Of a stretch of 64,000 nucleotides of DNA, positions 35,304 to 49,500 are shown one piece after another (position 1 is the stretch's first letter; each line of letters opens with the position of its first letter). Below the pieces are notes generated by a model that worked only from the letters and a program-made list of their open reading frames with translations, searched no databases and had not been told where the DNA came from. The DNA comes from Azolla caroliniana (Eukaryota; Plantae; Polypodiophyta), in the NCBI GenBank assembly GCA_043228905.1, contig JBHGNT010000001.1, positions 11,966,001 through 12,030,000 on the forward strand, in the 5' to 3' direction. The position numbers and the translations under genes were made by a program.

Positions 35304-38300
35304 TGTTGAGTGGCAAGCTCAACCGGATCCGGATCGGCTGAATAAGCTTGAGCCGAATCGGCATCCGGAAGGATGAGCCGGATCGGTGAGCCGGTCAGCA
35401 AGTGAGCCGGTGAGCTGGGGAGCCGGTTAGCAGGATCAAGCAGTAACCGGAAGCCTAGTAGCAGCCTAGACTACTAGGTAGTTTATGTCTCGTAGTAAGT
35501 GTCAGACGCTCGTGTGAGAATTGAAGTACCTGTCAGTCCTTTATGGACTTGTATAAATAGTGTTGTTTAGCACGTTGTATGTACAGATTGAGTATTATTT
35601 TTTGAATTGAGTTTGTGTGCACTCTCTCTATCTCTGTCTCTCCCGAGTACTATGTATATTCAAGCTCTCCATTAAACTTGCATTTCTGTGTTCGGTTTTC
35701 TATTGCTTCCGCACGCTATTCTTTTTACATGGTATCAAAGCGTGAGGGTTGAGAACCTCTACAACCGACCTTAGCTCAAAGAAGAAAACCTAACCTTCGT
35801 AAAGAACAGGAACAACAAAATGGATAGAGGCATGGCTAGCTCGCTTCCTACCGAGAAACTCGACAGAAACAACTATGCATCTTGGTCGTACAAGATGCAC
35901 CAGTACCTGCTCAGGCATGGATACTAGAGCTATGTCGATAGAGCAAATGACACAACACCCGATTCGACACACCAAGATTTCCCTGCGTGGGAACAGTCGG
36001 CGAGCAAAGTTCTCTACTGCTTCGCGTCTTGTGTGGGCGAACAACTTCTGAGCTATATTCGGGATGCGAAAATGCCAAAGGATGCTTGGGGAAATCTGAA
36101 GAAGATTTTCGCCACAAGCACCACAACCAAGAAGCTTCAACTTCGACAGGAGCTGAGCAACTTACGACAACGCGACTTGTCGGTGGCTGATTACACCTCG
36201 AAGATCAAAGAGATATGTGACTCCTTAGCCTCTATAGATGTGAACGTCGAGGAAGAGGAGATGGTGCAGATCTATCTTGGGGGACTGGCGTCAAAGTTCG
36301 GAGCGTTCCGAACTGTTGTGTGTACACGGGAGAATACGCCATCGTTTATCGACCTACAATCGATGCTCCTTATAGAAGAGAACCACGCGGGTGCGTCGAT
36401 GAGCACGCATGCCGACAACAAGATGTTGTACACGGAGGGAAATAGGCCCCGTGGTCGTGGTGGACGAGGCGGGTCGGCTCGCAATGGTAGCGGCCGGCAA
36501 GGGCAGGACCGAAGGCACAAAGAACGTGCCGACAATAGTTCCGGACCGTCCACAAGCAGGGGGAGTCAAGGTGGCGCCGGACGCCGGCAAGCAAAGGCCG
36601 ACATGGAATGTTGGTACTGTGGTAAAAAGGACCACAGAGAAAGCGAGTGCTGGAAGAAGCACGCCGATTCGGACAGATCCGGATCCGGCAAGGCCGGCAG
36701 AGAGAACTGGCAATACTCGCAATACGCAGAAGAATCGAGAGGATCCAAAACCGGAAAAGCCGGTAAAGGGCCAACCTTGGTGATGAAACACAAGGCTAAC
36801 TGGATGAAGAAGACCACTTCCAAATTAGAGGAAGTGTGGTACGTTGATTCCGGTGCATCGAATCACATGACGAGCCACAAAGAGTGGTTCTCTTTCTTGG
36901 AGTAACCAGAACAACCGGGAGTCGTCAAAACTGGAGACGACACTCCCCACCCAATCGTGCATGTCGGAGAAGTCCCTTTGAGCCATATCGGACAGAGGGG
37001 GAAGCTGATGAACATATTACACATTCTGACTATCACGAAGAACCTAGTGTTAGTCGGTCAGATCATTGACCAGGGGCTGCAGGTGCGGTTTATGCACCTT
37101 GGGTGCTTCATCAAGGAAGAGGGCCAGATTATCGCGCAAGGGCGTAGAGATGGGAGGATGTTCATCCTCGACACCAATGACATTGGCACCGCTTTGTTCG
37201 CCAAGGACAGAAGATTGAATCAGATATTGATCTCTAGCACAAGCGGATCGGCCACGTCAATTACCGGAGACTTCAAGACCTGCAAACGAAACAAGTTGTT
37301 TTCGGTTTGCCAAAGTTCAGTGGACGGAAGGTCCAAATATGTGAAGCCTCCCAACTCGGGAAGCAACACCGGCTTCCATTCCCCACCGAACGAAACCATA
37401 GTCGTAACAAGCTCGACCTTATTCATTCGGATGTATGGGGACCGACACAGAATGTTAGTCTTGGCGGGAGTCGATACTTCGTCTCCTTCATTGACGACTA
37501 CAGCCGGCACACATAGATCTACCTCATTGAGCGGAAGAGTTAAGTCTTCCAGTGTTTCCGAAACCTGCAAAGCCTGGTTGAACGGGAAACGGAGAGGAAG
37601 ATCAAGTGCCTGCAGTCGGATGGCGGAAAAGAATATTTTTCCAGCCAATTCAACAGTTATCTGCAACAAAAAGGAATTTGGAGAGAGTTCAGCTGCAGAT
37701 ACACACCGAAGCAAAACAATGTAGCCAAAAGCAAGAACCGATCGATCGTCCGGACGGCCTTCTAAATCCAAAACCGGATCGGTGACAAGGTGTCCGTGCA
37801 TGAGCTGTATTTCGGGCGCAAGACGAATTTGAGACACCTTCAGATATTCGGTAGCATTGCATATGTGCATGTGCCAGATGAGAAGCGGAGGAAGTTGGAT
37901 GCAAAGTCGGAGAAATGCATCCTGGTCGGTTACTCGCATGAGCAAAAGGGGTATAAGTTTTATAACACCCGAACAAAGCATGTTCGAGTTAGTCTGGATG
38001 TTGAGTTTGATGAGATGGCATCATGGTATGCCTTACCGGCTCCGACTTCCGACCCCGACCCGATACCGGAAGATGAGGCTAGTGAGCCTGAGGAGGTCCG
38101 AGTAGAATATGAAGACTTTGGCACTCTAGAAGAGAGTCCGATCTCATTCTGGCTAAGTGGACTGAATGAGCGGCTGAGTCGGGATGACCAGTCGGATGAC
38201 GAACCAGTGAGTAGTGGAGACTCTGTCATGCTCTGCCCACGCAAGGAACCGAGGAGACGGTTCACGTGCAAAGAGAAGGGGAAGAAGAAGATGCCGGAAT

Positions 38301-41078
38301 ACGAAACCAACAACGGTGACACGGATCGGAGCGGATCCGACTCCAGAAAGGAAGAAGGCGGATCTTCGGGAACGAAGTCCGAACCAGCCAAGAAGGGCCT
38401 CAAACCGAGTAACGATAGATTACGCTGGTCTTCCCGCTAGAAGAACCCCGTGAAGCGGTATGGGTACAATGAGTACATGGCGCATCACTATGTGTACATG
38501 ACCAAAGTGGCAGAAGTGCGTGAGCCGGAGGGCTATGCAGAAGCGGCAAAGGACGCAAATTGGTGGAAGAAATGCAGGCACTAGATGCCAATGACACATG
38601 GGACCTAGTTGACCCTCCCCGACATTGTAAACCGATCGGATGTAAGTGGGTGTACAAGGTAAAGTACAATGTTGGCGGTTCGGTTAACCGGTACAAGGCC
38701 TGGTTAGTGGCGAAGGGATATGTGCAGACCTACGGAATCGACTATGACGAGACCTTCGCTCTAGTAGCGAAGATGACGACGGTTCGTGTGGTGCTGGCGG
38801 TTGTTGCGGCAAGGGGGTGGCATCTTCACCAGATGGATGTGAAGAATGCATTTCTTCAAGGCGATCTTGAAGAAGAGGCCTTTATGACCCAACCCCCCGG
38901 TTTCTAGTCAGGGATGAACAAGTCGGCGATATGCCAGCTGAAGAAGTCACTTTATGGCCTGAAGCAAATCCCCCGAGCTTAGAATGCGAAGATCACGCAC
39001 AGGTTGCGTAAGATGGGGTTTGCGGCCTCCAAGTCCGACTCATTGTTGTTCATCTAGCAAGGTCCAGACAGTCCGGTTTGCATTTTGCTTTATGTTGATG
39101 ATCTAGTCATCACCGGACCCGAACTCGATGAAATCAGCCGAGTCAAGTCCCAGCTGTCATACGCAATTGAGATGAAGGACCTGGGGGAACTTCACTATTT
39201 CCTTGAGATCGAGGTGATCCGAACCCCTGACGGCATATTGCTCTCACAAAGACACTATGTGTTGAATATGTTGTACAAGTTTGGCATGACGGAATGCCGA
39301 CCGATCTCCACACCCCTGGACCAGAACCAGAAGCTCCGTCCCGACTCCAGATCAGCCTGCGATGAGAAACGGTTCCGACAAATCGTCGGAAGCCTGATAT
39401 ACTTGACGATCACTCGACCAGACTTCAGTTACCCAGTCGGAGTGATCAACCAATTCATGGAGAAGCTAACCGTCGAGAACCTACAGTGCGCACACCGGAT
39501 ACTCCAGTATGTGAGCGGTGCGAAGGACCGGGGACTGTTATACCGGCATGTTATAACCGAAGAGCTAGTCGGCTACACCGATGCCGACTAGACCGGCAAT
39601 GCATCAAATTGCCGATTCACCTCCGGCTATATGTTTTCCCTTGGTAGCAAGGATGTTGCGTGGAGCAGCAAAAAGCAGCCAACTGTGGCCCTTTCGAGCA
39701 CTGAGGCTGAATACCAGGGCGCTATCGTTGCCACCTGTGAAGCCATTTCGCTTCGGCGACTACTGCAAGACCTGTGGATCGAAGTGCCGACCCCGATCCT
39801 AATCTACGTGAGAACATAAGCACATGCCGCGCGCCAAGAACCCCGTATTCCATGCTCACACAAAGCACATAGAAGTGCACTACTACTTTTTGCTTGAGCG
39901 TGTCCTGAGCGGTGAAGTCGAACTTCGGTATGTTCATACGGCTCGGAAAGTTTCCGACATCTTCACCAAACCGCTCGGGTCGGACAAGTTGCAACACTTC
40001 ACCGAAATGCTTCATGTTTAGCATCTCGACGTGCCACACTTGAGGGGGAGAACGGGCAAAGACACCGGAACGGGCAAAGGCAAAGAAACTACTGATTGCG
40101 CGGGTGAGGGAAGAACCAACAAAGGGAGAGACGAGAAGGAAAAGGAAGCCGAGTCGACAAAGGAAGTTGACACATCCGAACAAGTTGAAACAAGCGGCAA
40201 GGGAGGCAGAGTCAAGAAGGACAGAGCCGACCGGAAGAAGAAGGCCAAGACTCGGACATGGTCCGATGTGGTGAAGGGCCTGGAACCGGAAGACGAATCG
40301 GGAGCGACCGATTTGGACAAGAGCTAGAACGAATTGGAGACAACCAATTCGGTTCAATAGACGGATTCGGTTCAACAGATGGATTCGGAAGAACCGAATC
40401 AATTCAAGGCCAAGAGGACGAGAAGGCAGTGAAAGTCGACGCCAACACGAAGGAATCAACGAATCGGCAAGCGCCGAAGTCACAACAAAGAGGGAGCTGA
40501 ATTGGGCTTGTTGAGCAGAGGAGGTCGAGGTGCGCAAAATCAGAAGGGTCGCGGCAAACAGGACCGGACCGGACGAGGCGGAGTGACGCCAGAAGGAACC
40601 GGGTGGAAGGACCAACTGCCATGGAGACTGACATTACGATCCGACCTCAAGTTGAGCTTGAGGGGGAGTGCTAAGCGGCAAGCTCAACCGGATCCGGATC
40701 GGCTGAATAAGCCTGAGCTAGATTGGCATTTGGAAGGATGAGCCGGATCGGTGAGCCGGTGAGCTGGGGAGCCGGTTAGCCGGATCAAGCAGTAACCAGA
40801 AGCCTAGTAGCAGCCTAGACTACTAGGTAGTTAATGTCTCGTAGTTAGTGTCATACGCTCGTGTGAGAATTGAAGTACCTGTCAGTCCTTTATGGACTTG
40901 TATAAATAGTGTTGTTTAGCACGTTGTATGTACAGATTGAGTATTATTTTTTGAATTGAGTTTGTGTGCACTCTCTCTATCTCTATCTCTCCCGAGTACT
41001 GTGTATATTCAAGCTCTCCATTAAACCTGCATTTCTGTGTTCGGTTTTCTATTGCTTCCGCACGCTATTCTTTTTATA
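35304..41078 (+). mobile_element. Full-length decayed Ty1/copia element 4
   Basis: TSD GAATG (35299-35303 / 41079-41083). LTRs at 35304-35729 and 40669-41078. PBS TGGTATCA at 35730 and PPT TTGAGGGGGAG at 40658-40668. Confidence 0.95.
35820..40327 (+). pseudogene. Copia 4 gag-pol, with a possible in-frame C-terminal extension
   Basis: Motifs EKLDRNNYASW, CWYCGKKDHRESEC, YVDSGASNH, IHSDVWGP, LYVDD and HIEVHY. ORF 40031-40327 is in the RNase H frame after a TAG at 40019-40021. Confidence 0.88.
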
Positions 41079-41445
41079 GAATGGTTATCTCACTCTGAAA
41101 AATCACACCATTGGTGGATTTCATGTCAAGACATTCGAAATGGTGCTACTAGCCGCCTCATTAGCTCTACCCCTCCCCAGGCAACAAATCACCCATATTG
41201 CTTTCGGTGATATCAATGTCTAGTTGTGTTCATAAGCTTGTTAACTATGTTTTGAGGCTTGTTGAAAAATAACAAGTTTTGTAATGAAGTCGCGTGTTGT
41301 TATGTGGACAACAATTACCCCACTTTTTTTACCTAAGGTGTCACACAATGATAGCCAAATATATATGAAAGCGACTTGTAAATAGTAGAGTATCTATAAA
41401 TACGAGTGTACATAGGTTGATCTGTCTATGTGATTCACCTAGGTA

Positions 41446-41950
41446 ATGGGAAGTAGTTTTTTCTCCAAAAAAAAAGTTACAATGCAATTGATTTCATTAT
41501 TCAAGCATCATGGTTTCTTAGAAGAAATTATTAGTGATCGCAAGCCACCATTCATTTTGAAGGTTTGTAATCATTTTTTAAGCTTCTCAATATATCTTGT
41601 AAACTCTATTCCAATTATCATTCATACCGTGGTAGTCAACCCACAATAATTAGACCTCGCGGCAATATCTAATTGTTTTATCAATTTAAACAAGATGATA
41701 ATTTAGATGATTGTTACATTTTCAAGATTTCCCTTACAATATTCATGTGGTTTCTTCAATTGGATACACTCAATTCTTAACAAATACATGTCAAAATCCT
41801 CGTGGACAATTCTTGAGCATCCCAAAGTCTCTCCAAATTTATGTTGAGGATTATCTAGTTCAACTCTAAGAGATGTAGGTAGAGTTTTCACACAATTTGT
41901 GCAATGCCCAAACCTCACACACATGAGCTACATATCAAAATCGTTTAGAC
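41446..41950 (+). pseudogene. Highly decayed Ty3/gypsy integrase remnant
   Basis: LFKHHGFLEEIISDRKPPF resembles the integrase motif HGxPxxIISDRDxxF. Boundaries are approximate. Confidence 0.5.
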
Positions 41951-42199
41951 TCTTCATTAGAGAAATCTAAGTTCAAAGTTGGGGATAGAGTTTGATTATT
42001 ATAAGATGCTGTAAAGAATAACAAGCCATATGAGGAGTTACGAACACTTGGTCAATTCTTGATCTATGTCCAAATCAATCTGTTATTCCATATATCACTT
42101 TTTTAACATTTTACGCTTCAAGATTTATCCTAGATTGAGTTGTTTTTCCCCTACATCCCATTTAGCTTATTGATGGACCAAAGATACGAGTTAGAAAGC

Positions 42200-43830
42200 A
42201 TTTTCAACTCCTAGGTGGTACATATCAAACAATATAACTTGGTGTATTGATTAAGCTACATACCAAAAAATATTGAAACAAGTCATTTGAAAGGTTACCA
42301 ATTATATTCTAGCCTTATAAACTTCAAGATAACTTTTGATATGGGTGACCCAAGAGCATATTTGAAGATGCGTGGAAGGACTCAAGGTACCATGTGAATT
42401 TGTGTTTGCAATTTCTCAAATCTATGAGAAGGTGATACGCCATGTGCGTATGAGAACTGAAATTTTAAAATTTTTCACAAACATGGTGACCACTCTAATA
42501 AACTCTCTTTGGGTTATGCACTAATGAATTTAAACAAATGGTTGACAAGATTGTAACACAATAACGCATTGAAGAAGTTACCATTGGGAACGTAATTGTC
42601 ATGTTTTTATTATATCGAGATAATGTGGTTTTTTCTACACATACTTTAAAAGATTCCCAAATGCACTCGAGTTAGAATACTTTTGAATGCATAGTAACTT
42701 AAGTGTCAATAGCTCCAAAATGAAGGTGATGCATGTGAAAACTAAAAACAAGGATAAATAATGCAATGTGTGCAAAATGAGCCACTTGAAATCAAAGAAA
42801 GATTCATGTATCTTGGCATTGAGGTTCCCTCTCATCATAGATGGAGTGAATGTGTTATCCCCATCTTAGAAATGAGAAAGACCACTTACTATGCATTACA
42901 TATATATAAAATGGTGGAAATTTTGAAAATTGGATTCTCAAGGAATTTTTATATGACACATTTGTAGTGTTTATCCTTGTTTATGGGGATTGATGTATGG
43001 AGTTGTACCTCCCTAATTTCACCTGCAATTCAAAATTTGCAAAAGCACTTTCTTATGACACCATACATGGTCCTACTACTCGAGACAAGATCACTTTCCT
43101 TTGAGATCATTTACATAAAAAGGGCATCAAGCACTTGCGTTGGGCTCAAAACAAACCTTGATGTTGAATCCTAGGTTTACATAGAAATCAAGTAAGAAAA
43201 TTTAGAAAATACATGAAATTAAAATTTTGGATGGGTGCAAGATATAAAGAAATTATTGGGGAAAAGGGGATGCATTGCATTTTCTTAATGATGTATAAAT
43301 AGATTTCTCTATAAATGAGTCATTTATGAAAAATCAACATGTCATGGTTTGGGAAACATGTTTAAGCTTGCATTTCATACATTATATTATATCTTGCAGA
43401 AAACTAGTAAACCATCCTCTTTTCAAAACACAAATACCAAACTCATCAATACACATTGGAACGTGTCCCTATGTCCACCTTTAAAATCATTACTTTCATA
43501 CGACTTAGTTCACATTGTCTTTGATGTGAGATAGGAACTTATTTGACATTCCTTTCATTGCACATTGGGACGCGTCCCTATGTCCACCTTTAAAATTATT
43601 CCTTTCATAAGACTTAGTTCACATTGTCTTTGATGTGAGATGGGCATTGGGGACTTATTTGACATTGCTTTCATTGCACATTGGAACGCGTCCCTATGTC
43701 CACCTTTAAAATTATTCCTTTCATAAGACTTAATTCACATTGTCTTTGATGTGAGATGGGCATTGGGGACTTATTTGACATTCCTTTCATTGGCATGGGT
43801 GAGGAAATTCATTGATTGTGCATGTTTTGA
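42200..43830 (+). mobile_element. Decayed RTE-clade LINE 3' portion with a 3 x ~120-bp tandem duplication at ~43450-43790
   Basis: Remnant motifs FINFKITFD, NEPLEIKERFMYLG and RLSSHCL-CEMG. Homologous to 54540-55430. Confidence 0.55.
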
Positions 43831-43840
43831 CCTAAACAAG

Positions 43841-44621
43841 TGTGGGAGTTAAAATATCTCAATTTGAAATACTCACCGGGAACTGGAACACGAACACCAA
43901 CGGGAGTGAGCGACCTTGTGCGGACCTCATCGGGAACTGGAACACGAACACCAACGGGAGTGTGAGTGGCCTTGTGCGGCCCTCATCGGGAATTGGAACA
44001 CGAACACCAATGGGAGTGAGCGATCTTGTGCAACCCTCACTGGGAACTAGAACACGAACATGAACAGGAAAGAAACTAAAACATAGAGACAATGATGAGG
44101 AGAAACTAAAAAATAGAGACAATGAAGCGATGTTGATGATGGTACGGTGATGATGGTAACTCTAGAAGCAAGGGCGATGACGAAGACAGGTGATGCTTCT
44201 AGTTGGAAGGTGAAAAAACTATCATGGACACACCAAGCGCGGACTAAGACAGAGCACAGATGATGAGGCTACGACAGAGCGATGACACGAGGAACTTAAG
44301 ACGGGGAATGACACAAGAGCATAAAGATAGAGATGAAGATTAAGGAGACAAGATTGGGCAAAACGAGAATACTATATTGATATGTCCATGACTGGCGTTG
44401 TTCACCTTGAATTCCTTCAAGGTGAACTCAACTATTTATACTAAGTGGCATGCATACCTGTTGCACGCATGTGATACAATAGAGCATGTAGGCAGTAGGA
44501 ACGCATGCATGTGCCAAGTGTAAATAATACAAGGGAGAAATTATGCACATGATGCTAGCTAAAACCTACAATGAGGAAGTATATACATGATTATATGTTA
44601 GATGTGTGATTAACACATAAC
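43841..44621 (-). mobile_element. LTR-like segment with 4 x ~54-bp repeats (43878-44060)
   Basis: Repeats of GGGAACTGGAACACGAACACCAACGGGAGTG, a minus-strand TATAAATA near 44434-44441 and a right end ...TAACA. No TSD found. Confidence 0.4.
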
Positions 44622-44634
44622 ACTCGATTATAAC

Positions 44635-45663
44635 TTGCTCATGTCAAGAGTTCGAATCTTGACAGTCATCATCTTATATGTGGATGACCTAGTCATTGGA
44701 GGTGAGCATCTCGTCGAAATCAATAAGGTCAAATCCCTCCTTTCCGATAAGTTCGAGATGACAGACATGAAGGAGCTCCACTACTTCCTCAGCATCGAGG
44801 TAATTCGGACTCCGGCCGGAATCATGATCTCTCAACGGCACTACATCCTCAACTTGTTATACAAGTTCGGAATGGTTGAGTGCAAATCCGCGGCAACCCC
44901 GCTCGATCGCAATCTCAAACTAGATGCGAACTCCGGCACCAAAGCGTGTGAGCCGACTCAGTATCGGCAACTCATTGGGAGTCTCATCTACCTCACGATC
45001 ACACGTCCTGATCTCAGTTATCCGGTCGGTCTCCTTAGTCAATTGATGCAAACACCGCGTGATACTCACTTGGATTGCGCTAAGCGAGTTCTACGATACG
45101 TGAGCAGCACAATGGATTACGACATCCTCTACAAGACCGCGATGCCAATACGACTCGAGGGGCACACAGACGCCGATTGGGCCGGCTACAAAGCCGATAG
45201 AAGATCAACCTCCGGATGTGTTTTCTCCCTCGGGAACGGAGCAATATCCTGGAGTAGCAAGAAGCACCCTATCGTCGCTCTTTCTAGTACGGAGGCAAAA
45301 TACAGGGGTGCTGCCGTAGCTGCGTGTGAAGCCGTATGGCTTAAGAAGATTTTGAAGGATCTGGGCATTCCCATCAAGGATCTGACTCCCCTTTACTGCG
45401 ACAACATGAGCAATATTTATTTGGCTCGGAACCCGGTGTTACACGCACGGACAAAGCACATCGAAGTGCACTATCACTTCATCCGAGAGCGCATTCTAGC
45501 TAGCGATGTTGACCTACAACACATTAGCACAAATCTTCAAACGACCGACATCTTCACTAAAGCCTTAGGAGCCAACAAGCTGTGGCAATTCATGACCGAT
45601 CTCGGATTGGCGATCCCTGACCTGCCAACCTTGAGGGGGAGTACTAAAGACATTACGCAATAA
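44635..45663 (+). pseudogene. Copia 5 RT C-terminus and RNase H (5'-truncated, 342 open codons)
   Basis: Motifs ILYVDD, HTDADWAG, SWSSKK, YCDN and HIEVHYHFIRE. Confidence 0.9.
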
Positions 45664-45929
45664 CGCGTGGATTCCGCAAGCCGCGCACACTACGCAAGAA
45701 CGTGTGGATTACGCAACCACGCAACGAAGCCGCGAAGAGCCGATCTACCGCGCAAAGCCGCGAAGAAAGACGCAAGCCGAAGCACAGACTTCGCAACTAC
45801 GCACAACGCAAGTTGGAGCACGAATTCTGCAACTCCGCATAAATGCAAGTCGACGCGGACTCCGAAACGCGAGTCGAAGCGGATTTCTAGTACCATCTGA
45901 AACCGACTTGACTTGAGCTTGAGGGGGCG

Positions 45930-46366
45930 TGTTGAGAATCAAGGTCAACTTGGTCTAGTGTGTGAACTCACCTTGAGAGTGAATAGACACTCCAACAGTC
46001 AAGAGTCACCATTATGTCACCTCTTTGTATTCTAGCATTTAGTATGAGTCATAGAATCATATTCTATGACACATAACTTATGCGCTTTCACATTCCCCAT
46101 GCTCCATGAGTCTTGTAGTTAATGAAGAGAGAGGGTGACTATATAAAGCACCCTCCTCCCACCTTGTATTGTGTTGAGTCTTTCTCCTTTGTTAATATAC
46201 TCTTACCTTGCGTATTCTCTGTGTCTTATTCCTTGTCTCTCTCTCTCTCACTCACTCTCTCTCTCATACACACACATAACTCATATCTCTTCCACTTCAC
46301 AAGAATCCATATCCGATTATCTACATATCCATTCAGTTTCAGAGGTAATTATATCTTCATATTCCA
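45930..46366 (+). repeat. 3' LTR of copia 5
   Basis: Begins TGTTGAG right after the PPT TTGAGGGGGCG, contains TATATAAAG, and resembles 19971-20257. Right end is approximate. Confidence 0.7.
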
Positions 46367-46556
46367 AGGTATGCTTGTTGCGTGCAGTGGCATTTGTAAT
46401 TCTCTGAGCATGTTTTTTTTTTTGTATAAAAGATTTTCTTCAATAGTATTAAGAACAAAACGCCCGGAGGCTACAACTTGAACCTAGCTACCAAGGAGGT
46501 TACAATTTTTCCTATACAATGTTGTAAAATACAAGGATGTTTACATTTGTTGATAT

Positions 46557-49500
46557 TCAAGAAAGAGTCCATGGAAGTTGATATTGCCATTGAGGCTCTT
46601 GAGTTGACATTGTAAACAGGGGCACATTTTTCCATAAGTGAGGAAGCTTTTTCCTTTTCTTGTTCACAGTATCTAGGGAACCTTGCATATTATGATACTG
46701 GCCACGAACTACTGCTAGCAAGTTCTCCCATATCTCAAACAACACATCTGAGAGATGAATGTCTACCCCATCATAAAGTCTGTTACATCGATATTTCCAT
46801 AATGCCCCTAATGTTATTGTGGTCAAAGTTTTCCAAATTTGGACAGATTGCACCTGCTTGCGAGGTTGCTGGAAGGGACTAACTAATATCAATCTTCTAT
46901 TATGTATTGTCATTGCCTCATGAACATCGTTTGCCTCATACAACATCAAGCTAGAATGTAATACTCCCCACATCGCTGATCCCCATGAGAATAGGCAACC
47001 TACATTGATTGTTAGGAATAAAGACATGACTTTCTTCCATACTTGTTGAGCAAAAGAACAAGACCATAAGACATGCTTGGTAGTCTCCAAATGTTCATGG
47101 CAAAAGCCACATTGCCGCAAATTGGGTGCTACATTGCCTTTCAATGAATGACCAACGGGTAGTGCCATATGCACTAATAACCATCGAAAGAGAATAAATT
47201 TAGTTGGCCCCTTGAATGACCATATCCATTTCCAATAGGTTCTCAAATGCAAAGTGGAAACACCCCAATTGGTCCAATGTTTCTGAGCTGTTGGTATCGT
47301 TACATTCTGAGAGAGCAGTAATGATCTTCCAAGTTTTACTGAGTACTGAAAGAAGGGGACCTTTACGATCTTTTCCCCCAAGGAGTATGACCAAAGCCAA
47401 CCCCCCAGATCCCATGTTAACCTTGCAATAGGATCTTTTGTGTATAGCCACAGGATATCACACATATGAGCAACTGATGGATAAGGATCAATGATCCATT
47501 TCTTTCCAGTTTTAGCAACCACTCTAACGGGTGCACTTCGCAAGTCCTATAGATAATTGCAATTAGAAGTATAAGATTGCAATCTATTGTTGTGTAGGAC
47601 CTCAAAATAAGAAATGCACCCATTAGGTGAAACACCTTTAACAGCCATCAATGTATCACTTGTGAAGCATCCAGACTATAGATGTTCTTGGCTAGGTTGG
47701 AAGGTTGTAAGAAACGAAGAATATGTTGCTGATAAGGTGGCCGTCATTATCTTGGCACCATGAACTGATTGTAGATGTGCAAGTCGATCTTCTTGCGGCA
47801 TTTGTTGAAAATGAGTCCAAGTTCTTACAGATGCAATTGGCCCATTATCCAATTTACCCCAAGTAAGGTGAGTACGCAGGCCCAATACTTTTCCTGCATT
47901 ATCCCAAAATAGAGAATTGACAAGCATAGGTTGATTAAGTAATGCATCCCAAGTAGAAGGTTTGTCCTGTAGCAAAAATGATTTAATCGCATCCAACGCT
48001 CTTATGATTCCTAGCAAAAATCTATTGGATGCAAGATTCCTCCTTGGTGTTTTCATGTCATTCAAGAACAACCACTTTAGAGAGGGTGACCATGCTCCTC
48101 CTGTCTTAGGAGTTAACTGCATTAACTGATTTAAAAACATTCCTTTCCAAGCTTCTGATCCTGACAACAAACCTCTGATAACAAACTTAGTCAAGAGAGC
48201 TCTTGAGTGCATTCAAGGATCTATCGAACCCAACCCTCCATTGATTTTAGGTTGAATCAACACATTCCAAGCAACTTTGGCTACTATAGGAGAGCCATGT
48301 TTTCCCCCCCAAAGGAAATTCCGGATCAAGCTTTGCACTTTTGTTATTGTTGATCTAGAAAATAGCCACACATATGCTATAAACCACATTGATGCCAATA
48401 GTACTATGTTTGCTACTACAACCCAGCCCGCAAAAGACAATTGTTGGGCATCCCAATACAGTAATTTACGTTTTAATGATAATATTAACGAAGATAGCAT
48501 TGCTTCTGGCCTTAAATCTATTCCAACCATACATCCCAATATCGAATTGGCTAACCATGATGAAGCCATCGGAAAGCAGGACCTGGATACCACTCAAGTT
48601 GAGTTTCTACACCCACCCAAAGGCCAACCGACTTATTCCAGTTAAGTGATGCACCTGCAACATCTAAGAAAGCCTGCAAAGCATTTTGTACTCGACCAAG
48701 ATTATCAATCTCCTCATTAGCATAGAGGGTTGTATCATCTACAAAACTCAACATCCACTATAGTGGACTGTGTAATAGGTAATACTATGCCTTTGATACT
48801 AGCAGTTGACAATCTTAGGTAGGAGGACAAGGCTTCCCCAAACAAGATAAAAGGAAATGGAGCAAGAGGGCATCCTTGCCTAACAGACCTGGAGATAGGA
48901 AATAACGTCCCTTATTCTCCAGCAAACAAAACTGAACTAGAAGCATGCCTGTAAAGGGATGAAACACCTTTTATCCATGCGGTAGGAAAACTTAATCTTG
49001 ACAGCACTGCGTCAAGAAAGTCCAAATCCACTTTATCATATGCCTTTTCAAAGTCAAGCAATAATACTGCAAGTTGTTGTTTATGTTGCTGAGCTAATGC
49101 AACCATTTCCCAAAACAAAAAGATATTATCAAAAATACTTCTATCTTGCAGAAAACTAGATTGTGTGTCATGAATAATAGACGGTAATACAGATCGTAGT
49201 CTAACTACCATAGTTTTCGCCACAATCTTATACACAACATGAAGCAATGTTATTGGCCGCCACTTGGAGACTTCATCAAATTGAGCATCCAGTTTAGGAA
49301 TCATATATATGATTCCTTCTGTCCATTCCGCTAGCATATTACCCGTTGAGAATATTAAATTAACTGCTCTAGTAAGGAGAGGACCAAGAAAATCCCAGTA
49401 ATGCAAATAGAAGCCAATTCCTATTCCATCTTTTCCCTGACAAACATCCTTACCTTAGGATTTAGCTGCAGCAAAGACCTCTTGAGATGTAAACGGTTGT

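Noticed and set aside
39722-40615. 297-aa antisense ORF (env-like?)
   Set aside because: Its hydrophobicity is the mirror of a purine-rich sense strand and it has no recognisable domain. Conservation across copies would be needed to accept it.
35170-41219. 135-bp flanking repeats as LTRs or a giant TSD
   Set aside because: They lack TG...CA ends, PBS and PPT, and the true LTRs and 5-bp TSD lie inside them.
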